Source: an uncultured Muribaculaceae bacterium (GTDB taxonomy: Bacteria > Bacteroidota > Bacteroidia > Bacteroidales > UBA932). From it: a DNA stretch of 64,000 nucleotides. Below are positions 1 through 10,536 of this stretch, in pieces. Numbering within the stretch: position 1 is the stretch's first letter; each line of letters starts with the position of its first letter. Under the pieces are notes generated by a model, which had not been told where the DNA came from, made no database searches, and was given only the letters and a program-made list of their open reading frames with translations. Both the position numbers and the translations under genes were made by a program. The DNA lies in assembly GCA_964368585.1 (NCBI GenBank), contig CAYJAK010000012.1:19277-83276 (forward strand), in the 5' to 3' direction.

Positions 1-2740
1 CCAAAAGAAAGAGTCAGTTGTGGGTGCTATTTCTAACCTAGAGGTTGATAAATTAAAGTTACCAACAGCCAACTTATCTACATCTTTAGGGGGGCAGCTT
101 GCTGGTATTGTAAGTGTTCAATCTTCTGGTGAGCCAGGTTCATCTGCAGAATTTTATATTCGTGGTATTGCTACTTTTGGAGCAAATAAAAACCCACTTG
201 TGCTTGTTGATGGAGTAGAGCGTTCTCTTGATTTAGTTGATGTTGAGGATATTGCAGCATTTTCAATCTTAAAGGATGCAAGTGCTACTGCCGTTTATGG
301 AGTACGTGGTGCAAATGGCGTAATTCTTATTCAAACAAAAAAGGGAGAGGTTGGTAAACCTGCTATCAATGTTAAATATGAGCATGGTGTATTGAGCCCT
401 ATAAAGATGCCAGATCTAGTTGATTCTTATGATTTTGCAACGCACTATAACGAGGCTCTTGGACAACAATATTTTAATGATACAGCTCTTGAGCAGTATA
501 GAATGTCTAGCAGTGACCCTAATAGAGACAATAATTTATATCCCGATGTAAATTGGCTAGATGAAATGTTTAAAAATCAAGCTCAAAATCAGCGATTAAC
601 TGCCTCAGTATCAGGGGGAGGTGAGATTGCGCGTTATTATATATCGGGAGCATACTATAACGAAGGCTCTATCTTTATGCAGGATGAGATGGCAAATTAT
701 GATTCATCTATACGCTACCAAAAAACAAACTTCCGTGCAAATGTTGATGTTAATCTATTTCCAACTACAGTTTTAGATGTATCCTTGGCAAATATCTTTG
801 AACAGATAAATGAGCCAGGTCATGCAAAAAGTGATATTTGGTATTATGGTTTTAATACATCACCAAATGCGTTTCCTGCATATTATACAGATGATAATGG
901 TGATTGGTTAGCTTGGTCAGGTCCACAACAAGGATCAGGGCACAATCCATATAATGCGCTATATAATTCTGGTTATAACGAAGTGTTCAAAAACTCAACA
1001 CAAGCGTCTGTTAGTTTAAAACAAGATTTAAAGGATATAGTAGAGGGGCTTACAGCTCGTGTTACATACTCTTGGGATGCTTGGAACTACAATAATATCA
1101 AGCGTTATAAAGAGGTGCCTCAATTTATAGCTCAAGGGAGAGATGAAAACGGTAATCTTATTCTAAATCAAGCATATGTTGGTAGTAATACACTCGGATA
1201 TGAAACTGGTAGAGGTGGAAATGGAGCCAATGGTAATACAAACTACTTAGAGGCTGTTATAAATTATGATAAAACATTTGGAGAGCAGCATAATGTATCT
1301 GCTATGGCTATGTACAATCATAAAATTAAGAATCTAGTTGGAGTAGATAATAATTACTCCTCTCTTCCTTATAAGAATCAAGGTGTTGCAGCCAGAGTAA
1401 CCTATAATTATGATATGCGCTACTTCGTTGAGCTAAATGCTGGTTATAATGGATCTGAGAACTTTAGCCCTGGTAATCGTTTTGGTCTATTCCCTGCCGT
1501 TGCTGCAGGTTGGATGGTAACAAATGAAGATTTTATGCAGAGTGTTAGTGGTTGGTTATCGCTACTTAAACTAAAAGCAAGTTATGGTATTGTTGGTAAT
1601 GACCAAATTGGAGGAAGCCGTCGTTTTATCTATAATCCAACAATTAGTACAGGTTTGGATGGTTATGAAGGAATGGGGGTAAATGGAGATTATAACCCAG
1701 GTGGTATTGCCGTTGGAGAGGTTGCCAATCCAAATGTAGGTTGGGAAGAGTCTGAAAAGACTAATATTGGTATTGAGTTAGGATTTATGGATAACGCTCT
1801 ACGTCTATATGCTGACTTCTTCCACGAGCACCGTTCAGGTATCTTTATGCAGCGTGGTGCCCTACCTTCTATTGCAGGTATCTCAACTACTCCTTGGGTG
1901 AATGTTGGAGAGATGAAGAATCAGGGATTTGATGCTACACTAGAGTATATGCAGCGCTTTGGGGAGGTTGAGGTAACAGCTCAAGGTAACTTTACTTTTG
2001 CAGAGAACGAAATACTTAATAACGACGAACCAGATTGGGAATACACATATCAAAATAGAATAGGGGAATCTTCAGGACAACCATTTGGATTAATTGCAGA
2101 TGGACTATTTGTAGATGAAGCAGATATTGCCTCTAGCCCAGTTCAAACATTTGGTTCGGTTCGCCCAGGTGATATTAAGTATCGCGATATAAATGGTGAT
2201 GCAAGAATTGATGCAAGTGATATGGTCCCTATTGGATATACATCTCTTCCTGAGATTATTTACGGCTTTGGAGCTACGGTTGCCTATAAAGGTTTCTCTT
2301 TAAATTTCCTATTCCAAGGTATTGGTAACTCAAGTATATTTTTAGGTGGTGGTACTATCCGCCCTTTTGAAGGTGGTAATGTACAGCGCTCAAACTTTAA
2401 CTCAGATTTAGTAGGTAATGTATGGACAACTCAAGATCCAGATCCAAATGCAACCTATCCAAGAATGTCAACGGTAGCAAATGCTAATAACTCTCAAACA
2501 TCAACATTCTGGATGAGAAATAGAGCATATTTACGTTTGAAGAATGCAGAGATCTCTTATACATTGCCACGCTCTTTAGTTTCAAAGGCAAAATTGGGAA
2601 GTGCTCGCATATATATACAAGGTTTGAATTTATTAACCTTCTCTGAATTTAAGCTATGGGATCCTGAGAATGGTGGTGGCGAAGGGGCTACTTATCCATT
2701 GAATAGAGTATTCAACATAGGAATTCAATTGTCATATTAA
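1..2740 (+). CDS. SusC-family TonB-dependent outer-membrane receptor, 5'-truncated by window edge
   Basis: The frame is open from nt 2 (QKKESV precedes the listed GTG at 20). It has TonB-receptor plug-like motifs (LVDGVERS, GVILIQTKKG) and a long beta-barrel ending in an aromatic residue (..IQLSY). A SusD gene follows 29 nt downstream. Confidence 0.9.
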   Translation, partial: QKKESVVGAISNLEVDKLKLPTANLSTSLGGQLAGIVSVQSSGEPGSSAEFYIRGIATFGANKNPLVLVDGVERSLDLVDVEDIAAFSILKDASATAVYGVRGANGVILIQTKKGEVGKPAINVKYEHGVLSPIKMPDLVDSYDFATHYNEALGQQYFNDTALEQYRMSSSDPNRDNNLYPDVNWLDEMFKNQAQNQRLTASVSGGGEIARYYISGAYYNEGSIFMQDEMANYDSSIRYQKTNFRANVDVNLFPTTVLDVSLANIFEQINEPGHAKSDIWYYGFNTSPNAFPAYYTDDNGDWLAWSGPQQGSGHNPYNALYNSGYNEVFKNSTQASVSLKQDLKDIVEGLTARVTYSWDAWNYNNIKRYKEVPQFIAQGRDENGNLILNQAYVGSNTLGYETGRGGNGANGNTNYLEAVINYDKTFGEQHNVSAMAMYNHKIKNLVGVDNNYSSLPYKNQGVAARVTYNYDMRYFVELNAGYNGSENFSPGNRFGLFPAVAAGWMVTNEDFMQSVSGWLSLLKLKASYGIVGNDQIGGSRRFIYNPTISTGLDGYEGMGVNGDYNPGGIAVGEVANPNVGWEESEKTNIGIELGFMDNALRLYADFFHEHRSGIFMQRGALPSIAGISTTPWVNVGEMKNQGFDATLEYMQRFGEVEVTAQGNFTFAENEILNNDEPDWEYTYQNRIGESSGQPFGLIADGLFVDEADIASSPVQTFGSVRPGDIKYRDINGDARIDASDMVPIGYTSLPEIIYGFGATVAYKGFSLNFLFQGIGNSSIFLGGGTIRPFEGGNVQRSNFNSDLVGNVWTTQDPDPNATYPRMSTVANANNSQTSTFWMRNRAYLRLKNAEISYTLPRSLVSKAKLGSARIYIQGLNLLTFSEFKLWDPENGGGEGATYPLNRVFNIGIQLSY

Positions 2741-2769
2741 AAAATTAAAAACAAATTAAGAATAATATA

Positions 2770-4719
2770 ATGAAAACGATATTTAAAAAAGCACTATTAC
2801 TGCTAATGCTTGGTGGTTCTATGGCCTCTTTCTCTTCTTGCGAAAGTTTCCTAGATATGCAGGAGACGGAGGTATTGACTTTCGAGAAGATATGGCAGCA
2901 AAGAAGTACTACACTACAGTATCTAACTAGAGTGTACTCTTATGTTCAACAGGAGGATGCTCCTAATAGTACACCTTGGACAGGTGCATCTGATGAGGGC
3001 TCTTGCTCTTGGTCTACATCTGGTTATCCATTCTCAAAGATAAATAATGGTAGTTGGGGACCTTCAAATGCTGCTGGTGACACATACACGCATTATTATC
3101 AAGGTATAAGAGAGGCAAATACATTCATGCAGAATGTTGAGAGTGTTACTGCATTTGATGTAACACAGGATGAGATCCAAGATTGGAAGAATGAGGCTCG
3201 TTTCTTACGTGCATTCTTTTATGCTCAGCTTCTTCGTCAATATGGACCTGTGATTCTTTTAGGTGACCAAATAATTCCTGCAGATGCAGATCTTGCAGAT
3301 CTTCAACTTCCTCGTAATACTTGGGATGAGTGCGTAGAGTATGTTTGTAGTGAATTAGAAGAGACAGCAAAGCTTCTACCAGCTAGATATACAGAGGCTA
3401 ACTATTATGGTAAACCAACAAATGTAGCTGCTCTATCAATAATTGCTAGAATGAGACTCTATTCAGCTCGTGAACTATTTAATGGTGGAAATCAAAACTA
3501 CTTAAATTTGAAGAACCCAGATGGAACTCAAATATTCCCTAACTATGATGCAAATAAATGGAAATTAGCGGCAGAGGCGGGAAGAAGAGCTATTGATGCA
3601 ATAGAAGATAATGGATATGGTTTATATTTAGCAGATAGTGATGGTAACGAGGTTGAAAGTGGTGGAGCAATAGATCCACATAGATCAATCCATGGATTAT
3701 TCTATGAGGCATGGAACGATGAGATGATTTGGTCTCGTTATTTAGGTTCATGGGATTGGGGTAATCATACACGTCCACGTGTGTTTGCTGGTGGATATGG
3801 TGGTCTTGGTCCAACACAACAACATGTAGACTCTTATGCAATGGCGAATGGATACTATCCAATTGTTGGATACAATGGAGACGAGTATTTTATGAATCAA
3901 AATAATAAAACTGCTGGGGGTAACGGTATAACTGGCAAGCCTACAGGTGGAGAGCCTACTATTGATCCTCGTTCTGGCTATAATGAATCTGGATTTAGTT
4001 CATTTGCAAATCCTGCGCTTTCTGTTAATGATGCTGGTGCTGCAACAACCGGTTGGAATATGTATAAAGAACGTGAACCACGCTTCTATGCGCACATCTC
4101 TTGGAATAATACAAAATATTTCCAAACGCCAAATACTGTAATTCAGTATCACCAAGGTGGAAATACAGGAAATCAACACCATGACCACCCTTGGACAGGC
4201 TATATGGGACGTAAAATGGGTAACTATACTGTGAACGCATCATCTGCATCTTGGCCTCGTTATAACTGGCCTATAATTCGTGTTGCTGAAGTTTATCTTA
4301 ACTATATTGAGGCTTTAGTTGAAACAGGGACTAATGACTATGAGTTATTTATGTACTTAAACATGATTCGTGAACGTGCAGGAGTTCCAGCTATTAAAGA
4401 TGAAATATATGTTAGCGAGGTTAATGATAAAAATTACCTTAGAGAATTAGTTAGAAGAGAGCGTAAAATTGAACTTACTTGGGAGAACCATAGATATTTT
4501 GACACTCGTCAGTGGATGATTGCAGAGACAACAGATGGTGGCCCTATTTATGGAATGAACTTATATGCTACAAGTTCAAATTATACACTTGATGGAGAGA
4601 CTTTCTGGAAGCGCACAGTAATTCAAACAAGAGTATTTCAACCTCAGCACTACTTACACCCTTTTACTCAAAGAGAGTTAGATAGGAATGATAACTTAGT
4701 TCAAAACTATGGTTGGTAG
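2770..4719 (+). CDS. SusD/RagB-family nutrient-binding outer-membrane lipoprotein
   Basis: Lipoprotein signal (..SFSSC), typical SusD N-terminus (ESFLD..), TPR-like core and C-terminal ..NLVQNYGW. It lies directly after SusC. Confidence 0.9.
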   Translation: MKTIFKKALLLLMLGGSMASFSSCESFLDMQETEVLTFEKIWQQRSTTLQYLTRVYSYVQQEDAPNSTPWTGASDEGSCSWSTSGYPFSKINNGSWGPSNAAGDTYTHYYQGIREANTFMQNVESVTAFDVTQDEIQDWKNEARFLRAFFYAQLLRQYGPVILLGDQIIPADADLADLQLPRNTWDECVEYVCSELEETAKLLPARYTEANYYGKPTNVAALSIIARMRLYSARELFNGGNQNYLNLKNPDGTQIFPNYDANKWKLAAEAGRRAIDAIEDNGYGLYLADSDGNEVESGGAIDPHRSIHGLFYEAWNDEMIWSRYLGSWDWGNHTRPRVFAGGYGGLGPTQQHVDSYAMANGYYPIVGYNGDEYFMNQNNKTAGGNGITGKPTGGEPTIDPRSGYNESGFSSFANPALSVNDAGAATTGWNMYKEREPRFYAHISWNNTKYFQTPNTVIQYHQGGNTGNQHHDHPWTGYMGRKMGNYTVNASSASWPRYNWPIIRVAEVYLNYIEALVETGTNDYELFMYLNMIRERAGVPAIKDEIYVSEVNDKNYLRELVRRERKIELTWENHRYFDTRQWMIAETTDGGPIYGMNLYATSSNYTLDGETFWKRTVIQTRVFQPQHYLHPFTQRELDRNDNLVQNYGW

Positions 4720-4772
4720 TGAATAGACTATCAGAAATTTTTATAAAAATAACAATTTAGAAAAATAATCGT

Positions 4773-6068
4773 ATGAAAATAAAAAATAAATTATTTCTGG
4801 GATTGGCTATGTTGTCACTATTATCTTGTTCAGATTTAGTCTCAACAGAAGATTTGCCAGATAACATGGTATATATATCAAGTAATGGAGTATCATCACA
4901 TACTCTTTACAATATGGCAGAACCAAACGAGATTGTACTTTCTGTTATTCGTTCTGGTATACACGATAGAGCAGGCGTGGCTACAGTAGATGTGGTACCA
5001 AGTGAATTAACTAAGTATAATGAGCGAATGGCAACAAATTATGAAGTGCTTCCAGCAGAATATTATACATTTACAAAAACAGATGTCACAATTGCTGCAG
5101 ATAAAGTTTATGGAAATTTTTCATTGAGCGTGAATACTCCAAAACTATATGAACTAGGAGAAGATCTTGATAATTATGTTATTCCAATAGGTGTAACATC
5201 ATCTAGCTTTGAGATTAGCGAAGAGGTAAAAAATAACTTCTTAACTTTCTCTGTAAGAGATGCTATTGTATCTATGGATGTATTTGGTGAGACTATAGTT
5301 GAACCTGATGATGAAACTTTGCTTAAGATTTCTATTCCAGTATCTATACCTTTTGATAACAATTGGGGATTATCTTGTAACTTTTTATATGGAGAGGAGC
5401 AATTTAATGCTTATAATGAATCAGTAGGTAATATATATGAGTCAATTCCAGCTGAAGCGATCTCAGTTAGCGAAATGCCTCTTGTATTAGATATTGGTCA
5501 AAAGAACAAAACGTTACAAGTGACTATAGATAAAAGTAAATTAGGTGGTTCAAACTATGCTTTTGTTCTAAATCTAAACAATATTGAATCTGAGAAGATT
5601 ATTCTCCCAGATCCTGAAAAAAACCAATATGTTGCTCTTATACCTAATGCTGCAGATTTATCAACGGCAGGATGGGTTGCTATGGCAAGTGCAACAGAAT
5701 CGTATGAAGGATCTTTAGATGGTGTGCTAGATGGTCAATTAAATACGTATTGGCACTCTCCATGGAGTGATGCTACCGTATCAAGAACAGGACAATGGGT
5801 TGGTGCAGATATGGGTAAAGTTTATAAAATTACAGCAATTAAGATTGCTCCACGTAGTGCAGCAGGAAGTCATCTAAACTCAGGATATATTGAGACAAGT
5901 GTAGATGGAACAACATGGGAAAATGTAGGAGAATATAGTGTAGCTGGTGCACACGAACTACAAACATTCTTAGTTAAACCAAGTGAAGCTCGTTATTTCA
6001 GAATATATTGTATGAATAATTATGGCCAAATCTCTGAAATTGGAGCTCAAGGAGGAGATGTAGAATAA
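4773..6068 (+). CDS. PUL-associated surface lipoprotein: DUF1735-like N-terminal domains plus C-terminal F5/8 type C (discoidin) domain
   Basis: Lipoprotein signal (LLSC). The segment ..YN....YEVLPAEYYTF is typical of DUF1735. The C-terminus (LDGQLNTYWHSPW ... ARYFRIY) is typical of discoidin/F5-8C carbohydrate-binding modules. Confidence 0.7.
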   Translation: MKIKNKLFLGLAMLSLLSCSDLVSTEDLPDNMVYISSNGVSSHTLYNMAEPNEIVLSVIRSGIHDRAGVATVDVVPSELTKYNERMATNYEVLPAEYYTFTKTDVTIAADKVYGNFSLSVNTPKLYELGEDLDNYVIPIGVTSSSFEISEEVKNNFLTFSVRDAIVSMDVFGETIVEPDDETLLKISIPVSIPFDNNWGLSCNFLYGEEQFNAYNESVGNIYESIPAEAISVSEMPLVLDIGQKNKTLQVTIDKSKLGGSNYAFVLNLNNIESEKIILPDPEKNQYVALIPNAADLSTAGWVAMASATESYEGSLDGVLDGQLNTYWHSPWSDATVSRTGQWVGADMGKVYKITAIKIAPRSAAGSHLNSGYIETSVDGTTWENVGEYSVAGAHELQTFLVKPSEARYFRIYCMNNYGQISEIGAQGGDVE

Positions 6069-6117
6069 TATTTTAAGAAATCTCTAAAAACGAGACTCTA
6101 AAAAGCTCTAGTATGGT

Positions 6118-6170
6118 AGGGTATCCCGATATTAATTTAAGTTAATTCGGGATACTCTATTATTTTTTTT
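6118..6170 (+). terminator. Rho-independent terminator after the PUL lipoprotein gene
   Basis: AGGGTATCCCGA (6118-6129) pairs with TCGGGATACTCT (6147-6158), with one G-T pair. A T8 run at 6163-6170 follows. Confidence 0.6.
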
Positions 6171-6216
6171 GTCAGTATCTCTTTTATTTATATGTGAATG
6201 ATAATAACAAAATAAT

Positions 6217-6251
6217 GCGCTTTCAATGCCTCTAAGAAGCTTTGAAAGCGC
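6217..6251 (-). terminator. Hairpin terminator downstream of the M28 peptidase gene
   Basis: GCGCTTTCAA (6217-6226) / TTGAAAGCGC (6242-6251) form a 10-bp perfect stem. T-rich sequence follows on the minus strand. Confidence 0.5.
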
Positions 6252-6308
6252 AAAAATTGTATATTATTGTGAGGAGGATAATATGCGAAGCTAAGTTCGC
6301 GTATTACT

Positions 6309-7883
6309 CTACTTAGAATCCTTGTATAATCCCTCTCTACTTAATATGTTATCTAAATTAGCTAAGCCATATAGTGCGATAGCAGTTGCTACAGCGGCCT
6401 GCTCTTGATACTCAGCAATACTCTTATCATAAGTATCTCTATCTGTATGCCAAATCTCATAGTAGCTAAAATTGTATCCTTTTGAATCTGTAAGATTGAA
6501 TCCAACAGTAGGTACTCCATTTATAGCAAAATATGCGTGGTCTGAACTACCTGCTCTTGTAGGTCTAGCAGGAGCAGGAGTTGTTCTCTTTTTAACCTCA
6601 AATGGAAAATCTTTATTTACTCTATTTATTGGTTCGCAAGCCTTTTTAAAGTCTTCGTACATAGCTTCTGGTACTGTAACACTTGCTGGTACTGTAGGGC
6701 CACCGTCTCTGTTAAAGTAGTTAGAGATTTTATCGAGATAATCACAATTCTCAACAAAGTATTTTGATCCTAAAAGTCCAAACTCCTCACCACTCCATAA
6801 ACAGAACATAATGCTTCTTTTAGGTTTGCCGTCTGCCATTGCAATTAGACGAGCAGCCTCCATTACAGGCGTAACACCAGAGCCGCAATCAACACCACCT
6901 GTTGCAACGTCAAATGCATCTAAGTGGCCTCCTGCAAGCACATACTCATCGGGATATTCGCTACCCTTAATTACACCAATGATATTGTGATGTTTTACAG
7001 GCCCCATCTTAAAGTGGTTTCTAATATCAAATTCTAATTGAAAATATTCTCTTCTATCTACCATCTCAGCAATAATCTTATATTGGTTCTTATCCAGTTT
7101 TATATCTGGAGTAGTTGGAAGATTCTCAAATGAGAGATTATTAATATTAGCTCTATCGTAAAGTGCTCTCATAGGCACCTCTGATGCTTGAATTATACCT
7201 AGAATACCAGCCTCTACCATCTCTTTATAGAATAGAGCAGGCTCCTCAGTAAGAGGAATAAGTTCTTTTGGTTTCTTTTTGCCGTTAGGTTTTAGAGCTC
7301 TATTGTATGCGCGGATTTCGTTATTTTGTTTCTCTATCCTAAGATTCTCTTCAATTATAAAAGCTCTTCTCTTATCACCTGTTACAGAGTGATCTATTGG
7401 CCAACCTGAGTTTGTGCCACCAATAAGAACCCAAGCGCCATTTAGAACTTTCTTCATTCTTTCGAATTCAGCTCTATTTTTTGGCTCTCTTACTACGTGT
7501 CCTCTTTGTACACCTTTAGTACCTGATGTGTATGATGGTGTAACAAAGTTTAATGAGAATCCATTATCACCTAGCATACGACCAAACCAAGGGCCTCTGT
7601 TAAATCCCACAGGTAGCTCTCCAACCTCTTGGCGTATAACCTCTAATCCCCACTGTTTAAACATATATTCACACCAATCTGCAGCATTTTCATAGGCGTC
7701 AGAACCAATTAGCCTACCACCAAATCTATTTGATAGAACATTTAGGTGCTCCATAGCTTGATTATCTGTAGTGCCAATTTCAATAATTTTATCAGTAGTA
7801 GCATCTTTTGATTGAGCGAAGATGCTTGTAGAGCAGATGAGTATAACTGCTGCTGTAAGTGAAAGTTTTAATAAGTGTCTCAT
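6309..7883 (-). CDS. M28-family metallo-aminopeptidase with PA domain (secreted)
   Basis: Signal peptide. M28 zinc-ligand contexts are present (GGHLDAFD, SGEEFGLLGS, DHAYF), and the size and architecture resemble PA-domain M28 peptidases. Confidence 0.85.
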   Translation of the reverse strand: MRHLLKLSLTAAVILICSTSIFAQSKDATTDKIIEIGTTDNQAMEHLNVLSNRFGGRLIGSDAYENAADWCEYMFKQWGLEVIRQEVGELPVGFNRGPWFGRMLGDNGFSLNFVTPSYTSGTKGVQRGHVVREPKNRAEFERMKKVLNGAWVLIGGTNSGWPIDHSVTGDKRRAFIIEENLRIEKQNNEIRAYNRALKPNGKKKPKELIPLTEEPALFYKEMVEAGILGIIQASEVPMRALYDRANINNLSFENLPTTPDIKLDKNQYKIIAEMVDRREYFQLEFDIRNHFKMGPVKHHNIIGVIKGSEYPDEYVLAGGHLDAFDVATGGVDCGSGVTPVMEAARLIAMADGKPKRSIMFCLWSGEEFGLLGSKYFVENCDYLDKISNYFNRDGGPTVPASVTVPEAMYEDFKKACEPINRVNKDFPFEVKKRTTPAPARPTRAGSSDHAYFAINGVPTVGFNLTDSKGYNFSYYEIWHTDRDTYDKSIAEYQEQAAVATAIALYGLANLDNILSREGLYKDSK

Positions 7884-7943
7884 TTGACTAAAGATTATAA
7901 GTTAAAGTTATATTAAAAATATGAGCCTTTAAGCTACATACTA

Positions 7944-7951
7944 CAAATGTA
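7944..7951 (-). promoter_or_regulatory. Bacteroidota -7 promoter box (TACATTTG) upstream of the M28 peptidase gene
   Basis: Matches TAnnTTTG on the minus strand, about 60 nt upstream of the ATG at 7883. Confidence 0.3.
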
Positions 7952-7961
7952 ATATTTTTGC

Positions 7962-8324
7962 TTAATATTTTGCCCTCTTTGTCCATAAATGAATAGTAAC
8001 AGAGATGCCAATAAAGATCAATAATGTTCTAATGTATAGATTGTCAGTTGCATATGTAAAGCTAAAACTTAAAGCTAACCATAATATTGTAATAGCTCTA
8101 AACATTACATTCATAGGTATCCCTCTTTTGGATAGGTATCCATAAACATATGGAGAAAGGTATTTATTGCGCATAATATATCTTACCCATTTTTTTGATG
8201 AGCGCATAAAAAAGAAGATAGCGGCCAAAAGAAAAGGGGTTGTAGGCAGCAATGGAAGAAATATTCCTATTGTACCCAATGCAATACACAAAAAACCTAA
8301 AAATATATACAATTTACTCACCAT
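7962..8324 (-). CDS. ybaN: YbaN/DUF454-family inner-membrane protein
   Basis: The motif LGTIGIFLPLLPTTPFLLAA..F.RSS closely matches the E. coli YbaN N-terminal signature. 120 aa with 3-4 TM segments. Confidence 0.75.
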   Translation of the reverse strand: MVSKLYIFLGFLCIALGTIGIFLPLLPTTPFLLAAIFFFMRSSKKWVRYIMRNKYLSPYVYGYLSKRGIPMNVMFRAITILWLALSFSFTYATDNLYIRTLLIFIGISVTIHLWTKRAKY

Positions 8325-8465
8325 ATTTATATCTATCTGCTAAAAAAGATTATTTTTGTGTTTACCTAACAAAGTATGAACAATGTTATTGTAACATCTC
8401 AAAGGTCTGCAAAGATATAGAAAGAAAAAATAATACTTAACAACAAACTATTAAAAACAAAAACT

Positions 8466-9857
8466 ATGACTCTATGTACAAGTAATTTTGCAGAGATAAT
8501 TGCAGATATATCGTCGGCTCTATGGGGGTTTCCAATGATTGCCCTACTCTTAGGAACACATCTATTTTTAACAATAAGATTAAAATTTCCCCAAAGATTT
8601 ATTTTTAAAGCAATTAAATTATCTGTAACCAAAGATCCAGATTCAAAAGGAGATGTTAGTCAATTTGGATCGTTAGTTACATCATTGGCAGCTACCATTG
8701 GTACAGGAAATATTATTGGTGTAGCAACAGCAATATCACTAGGTGGCCCAGGAGCAGTTTTTTGGTGTTGGATAACAGGAGTTTTAGGAATAGCTACAAA
8801 ATATGGTGAGGGATTGCTTGCCATAAAATATAGAGTAAAAACCTCTGATGGTATGATGCTAGGAGGCCCTATGTGTGCGTTAGAAAATGGTCTTAAGATG
8901 AGGTGGTTAGCAATACTTTTCTGTGTATTTACAGTAATTGCAGCTCTGGGGATAGGAAATACAGTTCAATCAAATGCTATCTCCACTCTTTTAGCTCAAG
9001 ATGGAGTCCTAGGTGCGGGCGTTGCGGGCATACCACCCTATATTAGTGGTTTAGTCCTTGCTTTCTTTGTTGCACTAGTTATTATCTTTGGTGTTAAAGG
9101 AATAGCAAAAGTATGCGGCACATTTGTCCCTTTTATGGCCATATTTTATACATTGGGTTGTATTTTTATCCTTATAGTAAATAGAGAGTTCTTGGGCGAA
9201 GCTTTGGTCTTAATAGTAGAGTCTGCATTTAAACCTGAGGCAGCGGGGGGAGGATTTGTCGGGAGTACAGTGATGATGGCGGCAAGGTATGGAATTGCGC
9301 GCGGACTCTTCTCAAATGAGAGTGGAATGGGATCTGCCCCAATAATTGCTGCGGCAGCACAGACACGCAACCCTGTTAGACAAGCTTTAGTATCCTCTAC
9401 AGGTACATTTTGGGATACGGTTATATTATGTGCATTAACAGGTTTGGTTCTAGTTAGTAGTATTCTTGCTCATCCCGATATTAACTATGCAGATGGAGCA
9501 CAATTAACTCATAATGCTTTTGCAAAGATTCCATATATTGGAGGGTATATTCTATCTATAGGAATTATAACTTTTGCTTTCTCTACACTGTTGGGATGGA
9601 GTTATTATGCAGAGAGGGCGCTAGAGTATATTGGAGGTAAAAAGATAATTGTTGGATATAGAATTATATGGGTGATTCTAATCTTTGTTGGGGCAATATC
9701 AGATCTCTCGCTTATCTGGAATATTGCAGATGGAACAAATGCATTAATGGCAATACCAAACCTAATAGCACTAATTTTATTAAGCGGAGTGATTGTTTCA
9801 GAGACGCGTAAATATTTATGGAGTAATAGATTAGATGATTATTCTAATGATGAATAA
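8466..9857 (+). CDS. Sodium:alanine (AGCS family) symporter
   Basis: 463 aa and polytopic. AGCS signatures are present: GTGNIIGVATAI..GGPGAVFWCW..G and NESGMGSAP. Confidence 0.9.
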   Translation: MTLCTSNFAEIIADISSALWGFPMIALLLGTHLFLTIRLKFPQRFIFKAIKLSVTKDPDSKGDVSQFGSLVTSLAATIGTGNIIGVATAISLGGPGAVFWCWITGVLGIATKYGEGLLAIKYRVKTSDGMMLGGPMCALENGLKMRWLAILFCVFTVIAALGIGNTVQSNAISTLLAQDGVLGAGVAGIPPYISGLVLAFFVALVIIFGVKGIAKVCGTFVPFMAIFYTLGCIFILIVNREFLGEALVLIVESAFKPEAAGGGFVGSTVMMAARYGIARGLFSNESGMGSAPIIAAAAQTRNPVRQALVSSTGTFWDTVILCALTGLVLVSSILAHPDINYADGAQLTHNAFAKIPYIGGYILSIGIITFAFSTLLGWSYYAERALEYIGGKKIIVGYRIIWVILIFVGAISDLSLIWNIADGTNALMAIPNLIALILLSGVIVSETRKYLWSNRLDDYSNDE

Positions 9858-9864
9858 TAGTCTC

Positions 9865-10446
9865 TTAGAAAAGTTCAGATATATTTGTTGTAAATAATTT
9901 TACAGCAATTGCCAATAGAATAATACCAAAGAATTTGCGCAATGCATATACTATATTTTTACCAAGTATTCTCTCAATGAGATCTAGCTTGGATAGGACC
10001 AAGTAGACTATAACCATATTTAATAAGATTGCAACAATTATATTCTGTGTTTGGAACTCTGCCCTCATTGAGAGTAAGGTGGTAAGAGTTCCAGCCCCAG
10101 CAATAAGGGGAAAGATTAAAGGGACTAAAGTTGTGCCGCCCTTTGGTCCATCGTTCTTCATTAACTCAATTCCTAAAATCATCTCTAGAGCAAGTACAAA
10201 TATTATTATTGCCCCTGCAATTGCAAATGATTCTATATTAACACCAAAAAGAGAGAGTAATCCTTGACCTCCAAATAGGAATAAAATAAAGACAAGTAGT
10301 GAGCCAAGAGAAATTGTTAGGGGTTTAATCTGGTTTCCTTTACTTTTAATATCAATTAATAATGGAATAGAGCCTAAGATGTCAATTATTGCAAAAAGCA
10401 CCATAAAAGCACTTAATATTTCTTTTATTGAGAATGAAAGATTCAT
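9865..10446 (-). CDS. MarC-family (UPF0056) integral membrane protein
   Basis: The MarC-like N-terminus is FSIKEILSAFMVLFAIIDILGSIP. The track start at 10479 is a TTG inside a promoter box, so I use the ATG at 10446. Confidence 0.85.
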   Translation of the reverse strand: MNLSFSIKEILSAFMVLFAIIDILGSIPLLIDIKSKGNQIKPLTISLGSLLVFILFLFGGQGLLSLFGVNIESFAIAGAIIIFVLALEMILGIELMKNDGPKGGTTLVPLIFPLIAGAGTLTTLLSMRAEFQTQNIIVAILLNMVIVYLVLSKLDLIERILGKNIVYALRKFFGIILLAIAVKLFTTNISELF

Positions 10447-10476
10447 TGATTTTAAATAAATTAAAATTTTATATTG

Positions 10477-10484
10477 CAAATTTA
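10477..10484 (-). promoter_or_regulatory. -7 promoter box TAAATTTG for the MarC-family gene
   Basis: The plus strand reads CAAATTTA, which is TAAATTTG on the minus strand, about 30 nt upstream of the ATG at 10446. Confidence 0.45.
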
Positions 10485-10536
10485 GAATTATTTAGCTAAT
10501 TTTACACTATAAAACTAACCTATTAAAACCGTTGTT

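Noticed and set aside
8325-8465. Possible glycine or amino-acid riboswitch upstream of the Na+/alanine symporter
   Set aside because: The 140-nt leader is very AT-rich. It lacks the conserved G/C-rich cores of glycine riboswitches or of other riboswitch classes I know.
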